Source: Candidatus Micrarchaeota archaeon
Lineage (GTDB): Archaea > Micrarchaeota > Micrarchaeia > Micrarchaeales > Micrarchaeaceae
Length of the DNA: 32,000 nt
Assembly: GCA_028866775.1 (NCBI GenBank)
Contig: JAGWHK010000001.1
Coordinates: 14,007-46,006, forward strand
Reading direction: 5' to 3'
This document shows positions 1-6,969 of the stretch, in pieces. The notes beneath the pieces are model-generated. The model made no database searches, had not been told where the DNA came from, and was given only the letters and a program-made list of their open reading frames with translations. The first letter of the stretch is position 1, and the number at the start of each line of letters is the position of its first letter. A program made the translations under genes and the position numbers.

Positions 1-722
1 AGGAGGCAGAACACCATCTCCTTGCCTTCGTGGTCCACCACATCCTGAACTATCGCCCTAAGCCCCTTCCTGGGGCCGCCGGCCTTCCTGCTTGCCGTGA
101 AGAGCGCAAGTTCCTCTATGAGAGGCATCCCAGTGTACCACTTCATCTTGTCAGAACTCTTTATGAGGTTCTGGGAGTCGTAAGCTGATACCGGAACATA
201 GGAAACTGGTTTTGTGAACCCGATCGCCTTGAGGTATTTGGAGATATCTTCCTTGACCCTGTCGAACGCCTTCTTGTCGTAACTTACCATGTCCATCTTG
301 TTGATCGCGACTATGAGCCCCTTTATACCGAGCATGTTGGCTATGTAGACGTGCCTCTTTGTCTGAGGCTGAAGGCCCTCGTCCTTCTTCATCGAGACCA
401 TCAGTATGGCTATCTCCCCGTGTGATGCACCGCTCATCATGTTCTTTATGAGCTCGAGGTGGCCCGGCACGTCGATGAACTCGAAGAGGTTGTCCTTGTA
501 GACCAGCTCCGCCCTTGTGGTGTCGATGGTCATCTCCTGGGCCCGCTCCTCCTCGAAGCTGTCAAGGATGTAGCCAGGCTCGAACCTTCCGCCCTTTGAG
601 TACTTCTTTGCTTCGTTTATCCTGTGTTCGGTAGCAGCCCCTGTGGCGATGAGCATGCTCCCAATGAGGGTGGACTTGCCGTGGTCCTTTTCTCCCAGCA
701 TCGTTATGATGTGCTTATCCAT
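1..722 (-). CDS. cysN: Sulfate adenylyltransferase subunit 1-like GTPase (CysN / EF-1alpha family), N-terminal ~240 aa; the 3' end lies outside the window
   Basis: Absent from the ORF track because it runs off the window. My reverse-strand translation from ATG 722-720 gives MDKHIITMLGEKDHGKSTLIGSML (G1 P-loop), FIDVPGH (G3) and AINKMD (G4), and stays open to base 1. It starts 4 nt after the cysD stop. Confidence 0.8.
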   Translation of the reverse strand, partial: MDKHIITMLGEKDHGKSTLIGSMLIATGAATEHRINEAKKYSKGGRFEPGYILDSFEEERAQEMTIDTTRAELVYKDNLFEFIDVPGHLELIKNMMSGASHGEIAILMVSMKKDEGLQPQTKRHVYIANMLGIKGLIVAINKMDMVSYDKKAFDRVKEDISKYLKAIGFTKPVSYVPVSAYDSQNLIKSSDKMKWYTGMPLIEELALFTASRKAGGPRKGLRAIVQDVVDHEGKEMVFCL

Positions 723-726
723 TCCA

Positions 727-1515
727 TCACATGTAGCCGAGCGCGCGGAGTTTCTCCATCACATATTCGCGTTCCTTGTCCTGCTGCCTTCCGCTCCTTT
801 CCTCAACCTTTGTACCCCGCAGTTCGTCCATTATCTTGTCGAGCGTGTCGGCATCCGATTTGAGGGGCACAGTGCAGTGGGTGCATCCGAGGCTCCTGTA
901 CCTGTATCCGTCCTTCGCGAAGTAGAGCGGGTTGACCGGTACCTTGTTGACCTTGATGAAGTTCCAGACGTCCACCTCATTGAAATCTAGAAGCGGATGA
1001 ACTCTTACGTGGTCTGTCCCTTTTTCCTTAGCACTGTAGTTGTTCCACAGCTCCTCTGGCTGGTTCTTGTAGTCCCACTTGAAGTTCCTGTCCCTCGGGG
1101 AGAACGTCCTCTCCTTAGCCCTTATGCCGTGCTCGTCCCTTCTTATCGAGACTATCAGCGCATCGAACCCGTACTCCTTCATCGTCCTCTTCAGCGCGTC
1201 GGTCTTGTTCGCCCCGCAGCACGCGAACCCCGACATCTCCTCCTTTATCTCGCTCTTGGACACTATGAGCTCCATTCCCCACTTCTTGGCCAAGCTGTCC
1301 CTGAAGTCGTACGACTCCGGAAAATCGAGGCCGTTATCAATGTGTATAACCGGGAACGGCACCTTTCCTAAGAATGCCTTTCTTGCTAGGCCAAGCATCG
1401 CGGTGGAATCCTTTCCCATGCTCCACAGCGCCGCTACGTTCCTGAACTTTGACTTCGCTTCCCTCAGTATGTAAATCGACTTCTCTTCCAGTTTAGCAAT
1501 ATCTTGTTCCCTCAT
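727..1515 (-). CDS. cysD: Sulfate adenylyltransferase subunit 2 (CysD; PAPS-reductase/ATP-PPase fold)
   Basis: 262-aa ATG-started ORF. It has the PP-loop-like WSMGKDS, RRDEH, HPLLDFNEVDVWNFI and the C-terminal RSGRQQDKEREYVMEKLRALGYM. It resembles CysD over its full length and is paired with a CysN-like GTPase. Confidence 0.9.
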   Translation of the reverse strand: MREQDIAKLEEKSIYILREAKSKFRNVAALWSMGKDSTAMLGLARKAFLGKVPFPVIHIDNGLDFPESYDFRDSLAKKWGMELIVSKSEIKEEMSGFACCGANKTDALKRTMKEYGFDALIVSIRRDEHGIRAKERTFSPRDRNFKWDYKNQPEELWNNYSAKEKGTDHVRVHPLLDFNEVDVWNFIKVNKVPVNPLYFAKDGYRYRSLGCTHCTVPLKSDADTLDKIMDELRGTKVEERSGRQQDKEREYVMEKLRALGYM

Positions 1516-1519
1516 TGTA

Positions 1520-1807
1520 TCAGTCCTTGATTATACTCCTGTTTATCTCAAGGCCCTTGAGGTACCAGGTAGCCCCTTCTATTTTCTTGCCCGCCTTCTT
1601 GGATATCGGGATCTTGTAAAGGTTCTTGTGGTTCTTGTCGTAGATTATCACGTAGGCGCCCTTCAGGCTCATCGAGCCCTGAACGCCATCAGGATAGAAG
1701 GTGTAGTAGTACTTGCCCTCCTTCAATATCTTCTCCCTCGCCTTCTTCCAGTTCTCCTCGCTGGGGTTCGCCTCCAGTTGCTCGATTATGTCGGGTCTAT
1801 TAGCCAT
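1520..1807 (-). CDS. Hypothetical 95-aa protein, first gene of the orf95-cysD-cysN operon
   Basis: ATG start. Its stop lies 4 nt before the cysD ATG. A/T-rich promoter-like sequence sits directly upstream. No motif recognised. Confidence 0.6.
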   Translation of the reverse strand: MANRPDIIEQLEANPSEENWKKAREKILKEGKYYYTFYPDGVQGSMSLKGAYVIIYDKNHKNLYKIPISKKAGKKIEGATWYLKGLEINRSIIKD

Positions 1808-1814
1808 GCTCTCA

Positions 1815-1850
1815 CTTAATTATGGATAATTAAGGAAATTATGCATAATT
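1815..1850. promoter_or_regulatory. Two tandem AATTAT-NN-ATAATT palindromes (candidate operator) in a divergent promoter region
   Basis: CTTAATTAT-GG-ATAATTAAG (1815-1834; 9+2+9 perfect inverted repeat) and AATTATGCATAATT (1837-1850; perfect 14-nt palindrome). Centres are 19 bp apart. They lie between orf95 (ATG 1807, minus) and the RHH gene (ATG 1889, plus). Confidence 0.5.
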
Positions 1851-1852
1851 AC

Positions 1853-1861
1853 ATATATAAA
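1853..1861 (+). promoter_or_regulatory. TATA box for the RHH regulator gene
   Basis: ATATATAAA lies about 30 nt upstream of ATG 1889, the spacing seen at most genes in this window. Confidence 0.45.
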
Positions 1862-1888
1862 CCTTCGCCTTGATAAACTTATGATGGG

Positions 1889-2110
1889 ATGAAGGTCAAA
1901 AGGGAGAAGAGGATAGAGTTCACCAGCATATCGATACCGAACACGCTCTTCCAGAAGCTGGAGAAGCACATAGCGGGCACGGGCTTTCCTTCGGTCTCAA
2001 GTTACGTGGCGTTCGTTCTTAGGACCATCCTGAGTGAGGGGGGGAACACAAAGGCTGACTATGAGGCAGAGGCAGTCAAGAAGAGGCTCAGGGAGCTGGG
2101 CTATCTCTAG
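1889..2110 (+). CDS. Ribbon-helix-helix (CopG/Arc-type) transcriptional regulator
   Basis: 73 aa. N-terminal RIEFTSISIPNTLFQKLEKHIAGTGFPSVSSYVAFVLRTIL fits a beta-strand/helix/helix RHH pattern. It sits next to the palindromic operators. Confidence 0.75.
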   Translation: MKVKREKRIEFTSISIPNTLFQKLEKHIAGTGFPSVSSYVAFVLRTILSEGGNTKADYEAEAVKKRLRELGYL

Positions 2111-2120
2111 CAGGGTTTGC

Positions 2121-2393
2121 ATGATAAAGATACCGGATTTCTCAATCCCCAAGAATTTCGGGATTGCGACCTTCGTTTTCGTCACGGTGGTAGCATTGAT
2201 CGTAATCAGGCATATACTCTATGCACTGATTGCCGGTGCGGTTATAGGCGCCATCGCATATGTGGCCCGTGGTGTATACATCAGGTGGTTTGGGGTCGAC
2301 AACAACGACTACTCGAAGATGACATGGTCCATGAACGGCTCCCAGAATTCGGGATCAGAAGAAAGCATGTTCCAGAGCAGGCCCAGGCTTTAA
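2121..2393 (+). CDS. Small membrane protein (two predicted TM helices)
   Basis: In-frame ATG at 2121 inside track ORF 2034-2393, 10 nt after the RHH stop. Hydrophobic stretches: [36 protein letters not shown]. Confidence 0.55.
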   Translation: MIKIPDFSIPKNFGIATFVFVTVVALIVIRHILYALIAGAVIGAIAYVARGVYIRWFGVDNNDYSKMTWSMNGSQNSGSEESMFQSRPRL

Positions 2394-2908
2394 GAGAGGC
2401 AAGACAGGACTTCGCCGCTGTGCCCCAATGGCCTTACCCTCTCGAATATCTTGGATATCCTACCCTTCTTGTCTATTATGAACGTCTTCCTGAGGGTTCC
2501 CATCCCGAATATCCCCTTGTCACCGTATGCGTTGTAGAGCTTTATCACCTTGCTCACAGGATCGGAGAGCAGCAAAAATTCCAGGGAGTACTTCTTCCTG
2601 AACCTTTGGTGGGATTCAAGCCCGTCGCTGCTCACGCCGATCACTATCGCACCCCTCTTCTCTATGTCGGAGAGCGACCTGTTGAACTCCTTGGCCTCTA
2701 TCGTGCATCCGGGCGTGTCGTCCCTGGGGTAGAAGTACAGCACGACCTCCCTTCCCCTGAAGTCGCTTAGTCTGTGCTCCTTACCGTCAGAGCCCATGAG
2801 TGTAAAATCAGGAGCGGCAGAACCCTCTTTCAGCACATCACCACCGTACTCCTTGCGGCTCGAATCTTTATATAGCTTGCTGGATTCATATAATGCGGTA
2901 GTCTGCAT
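2390..2908 (-). CDS. bcp: Peroxiredoxin, Bcp type (thiol peroxidase)
   Basis: APDFTL...[21 protein letters not shown]...IGVSSD...FLLLSDP is the classic Bcp/AhpC-TSA pattern. The first ATG is at 2908. An in-frame GTG at 2836 ([11 protein letters not shown]) would give a typical ~148-aa Bcp and sits ~25 nt from the TATA-like AGCTATATAAAG, so the true start may be 2836. Confidence 0.9.
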   Translation of the reverse strand: MQTTALYESSKLYKDSSRKEYGGDVLKEGSAAPDFTLMGSDGKEHRLSDFRGREVVLYFYPRDDTPGCTIEAKEFNRSLSDIEKRGAIVIGVSSDGLESHQRFRKKYSLEFLLLSDPVSKVIKLYNAYGDKGIFGMGTLRKTFIIDKKGRISKIFERVRPLGHSGEVLSCLS

Positions 2909-3581
2909 GTTCAACCTGTTCGGAGGGAAAAGGAAGACGACGATAACCGGGATAAACATAAGGCTTCAGGGGGCAGTGCACCAGCTGAAGGGGCTTGAAT
3001 CGGGAGATAGCGTTATCGAGCTGAGGATACCGTTCAGGAACAAGGTCCACAGCGACATGCTCACAGATGCGGGCGTATTCAAGGCCCAAGAGGGAAAGCC
3101 GATCTCGATAAAGGAGATCAAGGTCTCTGACCCGTTCAGCATCGTCGGGATTGAGCCCAAGGCCCCGGTTGAGATAAAATCCGGAGATGCAGTCGAATTC
3201 CGGATAAGGGTCAACGCGCCTGAGCACAATTACACCGGTCCACTGACAATAAGCTTCGAGACCGCGGCAGAGGAGGTGGTCCACATAGAGATCGCAAGGA
3301 CTATACTGGAGTGGAAGGGGAAGAGGACAGAGATCGAGTCATCGGCCAGGATGCTCAACGTGCAGAAGAACGGCATTATAGTTGAGAATGTGCAGCTCTA
3401 CAAGGCGATGTCCTTCGGCGACATAGTAACAAGCGCAGATGTGGAGTTCCCGTTCAGAATGGCAAGCACAGAGCCCAAGCTTCCTGTCAAGCTCGACACG
3501 CCGAACGGCTACATAATGGGATTCTTCATCCAGGCTCCCGACCACAGCTATTCTGGCGACCTGGTCATAAAGATATCTTAG
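2907..3581 (+). CDS. Hypothetical protein with an internal tandem duplication of a ~50-aa beta-rich module
   Basis: Start taken at ATG 2907 within track ORF 2796-3581; the longer form would run antisense through bcp. Repeat signature: PF..(G/S).EPK.PV...AP(E/D)H.Y(T/S)G.L.I, seen twice. Start uncertain. Confidence 0.6.
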   Translation: MFNLFGGKRKTTITGINIRLQGAVHQLKGLESGDSVIELRIPFRNKVHSDMLTDAGVFKAQEGKPISIKEIKVSDPFSIVGIEPKAPVEIKSGDAVEFRIRVNAPEHNYTGPLTISFETAAEEVVHIEIARTILEWKGKRTEIESSARMLNVQKNGIIVENVQLYKAMSFGDIVTSADVEFPFRMASTEPKLPVKLDTPNGYIMGFFIQAPDHSYSGDLVIKIS

Positions 3582-3700
3582 CCTTATCCGGGAACCTGCT
3601 CCAGCGCGGGTTTGGAGGCCGGAGGTCCTGCCAAGTAGTCTTGTATTGTTGCACTTAATGTTGCCAGGTATCATTTACTAGAGCCGGCAGCATCAGAGCT

Positions 3701-5014
3701 CTACGACGCGGTTACGCTGGTAGATGCGTGGGCATCCTCTGTGCCCTGCACAGCAACCAAGTAGCTCTCGTTCGGCACGAACTGGGCCCCAATGTGGCTG
3801 TCGCCGAATGAGGCAACGCCGTTGAATGTCAGCGTAACACTCGAGCCGGCGGCCAGCACGAAGCCATTTGGCCCCTCTGCCTCAAGCGAGCTCTGCGGTA
3901 GCGAAAGCGTTCCGTTCTGCCCCACTATGAAGTTGAGCGAGGAGTGCAGGTTATGCCTTGATATCAGGGTTGCGTTGACGAACGCCATCACCTCTGAGCT
4001 CATGTTGTGCATGCGAAGATCCGCCTCTATCGTGCTGTTCAGCGAGGCGTTTGCGTGCATCCCTCCCTCAAGGGATCCCAGGCCCATGCTCGTGTGCATG
4101 TTTGCTGATGCGCCGATGCCCTCCATCCCCATGTCAGAGGACGAGTTGGAGTGCATGCTCATGCTCTCGTTGGACGAATTGTCAGATTCGCCGCCCACGC
4201 TTCCGTTGACCGTGGCGGCAAGCGCACCCCTTATGAACAGGTGCTTGATGGTTACGGAGTTGTTGCCATTGTTCGTCACGTTGACCGAGATCACTATGTT
4301 GTTGCCCACCTCGGCAAGCGAGGCAGAGCTTATGGTTATGCTAGACCGGTTCTCATCGATTTGGCTGTGCTCGCCGGCATTCAGGTCCTCGCGGTCACCG
4401 ACCCTTGCGGAGAACTTGTTGACCGATGCATTGCCTAGGACCACGGCCTTTGCGAATGGCACCAGCACGAAGATGTTCTGGGTCGCATTGGCGCCCCCGT
4501 ATATCTGCACCACGGACGGAGTCAGGTCTATCAGGGCACCGCCATCATTGCTGCTCAGCGTGCCGCTGAACTTGACCCTGAGCGAGGAGCTCGGGACCGT
4601 AACGTTGTATGTGCTGTTGTTTATCGTTATCTTGGCGCTTGCGCCTGTAAATACTATTGAGTCAAATGATACGTTGGCGGGCACGTTTGCCACAGCCACC
4701 ACCTGGCTGACATTCACCAGGCTTGTAAGGTTCACGCTGCCGCTTGAGCTTAGGTCGATGAATCCGGTGCTGTTGGAGTTGCCGGTTTCATGGAGCTTGA
4801 GCCCAGTATAGGAAAGCACGAGCGCGCTTGTGCCAGGAGGAACCTGAGGCGGGTCGGTTATAGAGAGCACGACCGTGCCACTGCCACCACTGGAGCTGAG
4901 TACCGTGCTGCTCTGGCCACCATTGCTGGGCGCCCTTCCGGAGAGCGCAAGCGCAAGGATTGCGACTACTATGATTATGGCTGCTATTCCGATTACCAGG
5001 TTTTTGCTTGACAT
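3701..5014 (-). CDS. N-terminally anchored, Ser/Thr/Asn-rich surface (glyco)protein; N-terminal part resembles DUF4382
   Basis: 437 aa. It has an N-terminal hydrophobic anchor/signal (LVIGIAAIIIVVAILALAL), then VVLSITDPPQVPPGTSALVLSYTGLKLH. I count about 22 N-x-S/T sequons. A Met/His-rich segment spans residues 285-343. Confidence 0.8.
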   Translation of the reverse strand: MSSKNLVIGIAAIIIVVAILALALSGRAPSNGGQSSTVLSSSGGSGTVVLSITDPPQVPPGTSALVLSYTGLKLHETGNSNSTGFIDLSSSGSVNLTSLVNVSQVVAVANVPANVSFDSIVFTGASAKITINNSTYNVTVPSSSLRVKFSGTLSSNDGGALIDLTPSVVQIYGGANATQNIFVLVPFAKAVVLGNASVNKFSARVGDREDLNAGEHSQIDENRSSITISSASLAEVGNNIVISVNVTNNGNNSVTIKHLFIRGALAATVNGSVGGESDNSSNESMSMHSNSSSDMGMEGIGASANMHTSMGLGSLEGGMHANASLNSTIEADLRMHNMSSEVMAFVNATLISRHNLHSSLNFIVGQNGTLSLPQSSLEAEGPNGFVLAAGSSVTLTFNGVASFGDSHIGAQFVPNESYLVAVQGTEDAHASTSVTAS

Positions 5015-5052
5015 GCTTACACCACAATTCCAGTATCCATTTGGGTAGAGGG

Positions 5053-5060
5053 TATTTAAA
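5053..5060 (-). promoter_or_regulatory. TATA box for the surface protein gene
   Basis: TTTAAATA on the minus strand lies about 40 nt upstream of ATG 5014, with GGTG 10 nt before the ATG. Confidence 0.4.
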
Positions 5061-5178
5061 CATTTTGAAATGTTCCGCTTTGTCAGTCGAAGGTGCTCTT
5101 ACACTTGTACGCTGTTCACAGTCCTGCCAGGGATATTGAATGGTACTATTGCGATTAGAGGTTTAATAAAGCTCTGGC

Positions 5179-5206
5179 GCGGCCCCCTGAATCGAGTAGG
5201 GGGCGC
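5179..5206 (-). terminator. GC-rich hairpin followed by CTTTATTAAA on the minus strand; possible rfcS terminator or small structured RNA
   Basis: GCCCCCT (5182-5188) pairs with AGGGGGC (5198-5204) around a 9-nt loop. Two further pairs form beyond a 1-nt bulge. It lies ~100 nt downstream of the rfcS stop. Confidence 0.25.
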
Positions 5207-5308
5207 TTGCCTGGGTCAAGCCGGCCAGAACCACCCATAAGATATGAAAATCAAGGGCTAAATGCCTGCTGTTTAAGTTTGGTTTTCCTAGATGCGCCGC
5301 TTCTGCGA

Positions 5309-6268
5309 TCACTTCTTGATGCTGAGAAGGGCTATGCTCGCAAGCATCGCCTCCATCTGTATGCGCTCGTTTGCACCCTCCACTATCTTGAAGTTGCAGT
5401 CGCCCAGCTCGCGCATTATCTCCAGTTTGGTCCGCTCCGGAACAGTAAGGTTCTGCACCTCGCGGTAGCATTGGGTCAATATGTCTTCCGCACTCATGCC
5501 ATGGCGCAGGATCAGGTTGTCGAGTTCGCCGCGTGCCTCGTCGAACTTGCTTGTGACTGCGAAGTTGAGCATTGCGACAATCTCCTTTGGGCGGGCGCGG
5601 GCTGCGACATTGTATATGCTCTGCTCTGTTATGTTCTTGTTCTGGAGAGCGCTGCTTTGCAGAGTGTTGGTGAGCTTTCTCATGTCTCCCTCGCTGGTGT
5701 AGATGAGAGCTTCCACGGCATTGTCATCGATGTTGAGACCCTCGCCCTGCGCAATGCGGTTTATGTATATCTTCATCTCGTCCTCGTTGAGGTGCTTGAA
5801 GCGGAAGACAACGCAGCGGCTCTGGATCGGCTCGATTATCTTGCTTGCGTAGTTGGCGTTGAGTATGAAGCGCGTCTCGGCGGCGAACATCTCCATGGTT
5901 CTTCTGAGCGCATGCTGGGCGTCGGCGGTGAGGGCGTCGGCCTCATCCAGGAAGATTATCTTGATCGGTACTTTGTTGATTGATATTGTGCGGGCGAAGT
6001 CCTTGACCTTTCCCCTTATGACGTCGATACCGCGATCGTCGCTAGCATTGAGTTCCCTGAATGCCCCGTCTAGGCTGCTCCCATAGAGGTCATGGGCCAG
6101 CGCGACAGCAGCCGCGGTCTTCCCGACACCAGGTGAGCCTGCGAAGATCATGTTTGGGAAGTTGCCGCGCTCGACGAATGACTTCAGGCGGTCCACGATG
6201 AGCTTCTGGCCTATGACATCATTGAGTGACTTGGGCCTATACTTCTCTGTCCATGGCAGGTCTATCAT
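5309..6268 (-). CDS. rfcS: Replication factor C small subunit
   Basis: PWTEKYRPKSLNDVIGQ, Walker A GSPGVGKT, Walker B/DEAD-like FLDEADALT and the SRC motif (IQSRC). 319 aa, typical length, no intein. Confidence 0.95.
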   Translation of the reverse strand: MIDLPWTEKYRPKSLNDVIGQKLIVDRLKSFVERGNFPNMIFAGSPGVGKTAAAVALAHDLYGSSLDGAFRELNASDDRGIDVIRGKVKDFARTISINKVPIKIIFLDEADALTADAQHALRRTMEMFAAETRFILNANYASKIIEPIQSRCVVFRFKHLNEDEMKIYINRIAQGEGLNIDDNAVEALIYTSEGDMRKLTNTLQSSALQNKNITEQSIYNVAARARPKEIVAMLNFAVTSKFDEARGELDNLILRHGMSAEDILTQCYREVQNLTVPERTKLEIMRELGDCNFKIVEGANERIQMEAMLASIALLSIKK

Positions 6269-6350
6269 CTAAACCACAAAACAAGCAATACGATTATGAA
6301 AAGGAGCTTTAATAACTTTACGCCGAATAAGATATACAGTTTTATTAACA

Positions 6351-6423
6351 GGGGAGTTACGCTAACCTGGCAGACTTCCAGCCTTGGGCGCTGGAGATAG
6401 GAGTTCAAATCTCCTACTCCCCA
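6351..6423 (+). tRNA. tRNA-Pro (anticodon UGG); CCA not encoded
   Basis: Acceptor GGGGAGT/ACTCCCC plus discriminator A. Anticodon arm CCAGC-CUUGGGC-GCUGG (U33, UGG, G37). T arm AGGAG-TTCAAAT-CTCCT. The D loop has A14, GG and A21, but the D stem pairs poorly (see findings). Confidence 0.8.
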
Positions 6424-6429
6424 TTCTGC

Positions 6430-6966
6430 TCATTCTTTTGTTTCGTCTCTCCTGATTGCAACCCCAGATTCGGGCTTAGTATAAGCAACATGATGGTCCA
6501 TCTCGCCACTGCATGCTTTCAGATTTAGCCCAAATTCCTCAAACATCACCAGTGGCTGCCCACGCTTTGAAGCATCCACCGCACTTTTTGCCACGAATAT
6601 TGAATTGCTTGCCTGCAGCACGGATCCCTCTTCTGCCCTTACTATAGTTCCACTTTTGGCATCTTTGAAATACACATCTTCGCTGGTGAACGACTCGCTC
6701 GGGCCGACAACTATTGACCCGATATTGTTAGAAACGATTCCCCTTATTCGGTCGTTAAGAAAAACTGAGTCCGCATTTGCAAGGCTCGCCCCCATCGCTT
6801 TTAGTATACCATCCGCCTTCAACCCGTTCATTTTTTCTGTTGTGATTGAAACAGAACTTTTTGCTTCTGTTGCAGCCGGTTTTGTAGTGTTCATTTTATC
6901 CCACCACCAAATCGGATCATCATAATATATTAACCTTTCTTTTGCCACTTTAGTCGAATTCGGCAT
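6430..6966 (-). CDS. Hypothetical protein (178 aa), soluble
   Basis: ATG start 4 nt after the stop of the upstream gene (6970). Its stop lies 7 nt from the tRNA 3' end. No recognised motif. Confidence 0.55.
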   Translation of the reverse strand: MPNSTKVAKERLIYYDDPIWWWDKMNTTKPAATEAKSSVSITTEKMNGLKADGILKAMGASLANADSVFLNDRIRGIVSNNIGSIVVGPSESFTSEDVYFKDAKSGTIVRAEEGSVLQASNSIFVAKSAVDASKRGQPLVMFEEFGLNLKACSGEMDHHVAYTKPESGVAIRRDETKE

Positions 6967-6969
6967 CGT

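Noticed and set aside
727-2110. Shared C-terminal motif between CysD (EKLRALGYM) and the RHH regulator (KRLRELGYL)
   Set aside because: Only about 8 residues of helical, compositionally simple sequence are shared. I cannot exclude chance or assign a function, and the Gly before Tyr does not fit a clean HbYX motif. A profile search of C-termini across the proteome would be needed.
2906-2909. Divergent ORFs whose ATGs overlap on a CATG, here (bcp versus 2907 ORF) and again at 27727-27730 (long MoxR ORF versus rpoF)
   Set aside because: Promoters cannot sit inside the partner gene. At both sites an internal start (GTG 2836 for bcp; ATG 27648 for MoxR) gives a protein of normal length and frees a promoter-sized spacer. 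The overlaps are therefore artefacts of longest-ORF calling.
3792-4811. 339-aa ORF on the plus strand opposite the surface glycoprotein gene
   Set aside because: It is fully antisense to a gene with a clear anchor, promoter and sequon pattern. Its translation is low-complexity (Leu/Ser/Pro-rich) shadow sequence with no motif.
5015-5308. SRP RNA, RNase P RNA or C/D-box sRNA in the long rfcS-surface protein spacer
   Set aside because: I could not find the conserved SRP helix-8 or RNase P core sequences, or a RUGAUGA...CUGA box pair. Only a hairpin is supportable.
5207-5983. 258-aa plus-strand ORF overlapping rfcS. Similar long antisense ORFs occur at 10827-11546, 19568-20200, 19824-20402, 21216-21722 and 23209-23850.
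   Set aside because: Each lies inside a confidently identified gene on the other strand or frame (RFC, CYTH-kinase, NrdD, PyrD, membrane protein). They have Arg/Gly/Pro/Leu-biased shadow composition and no motifs.
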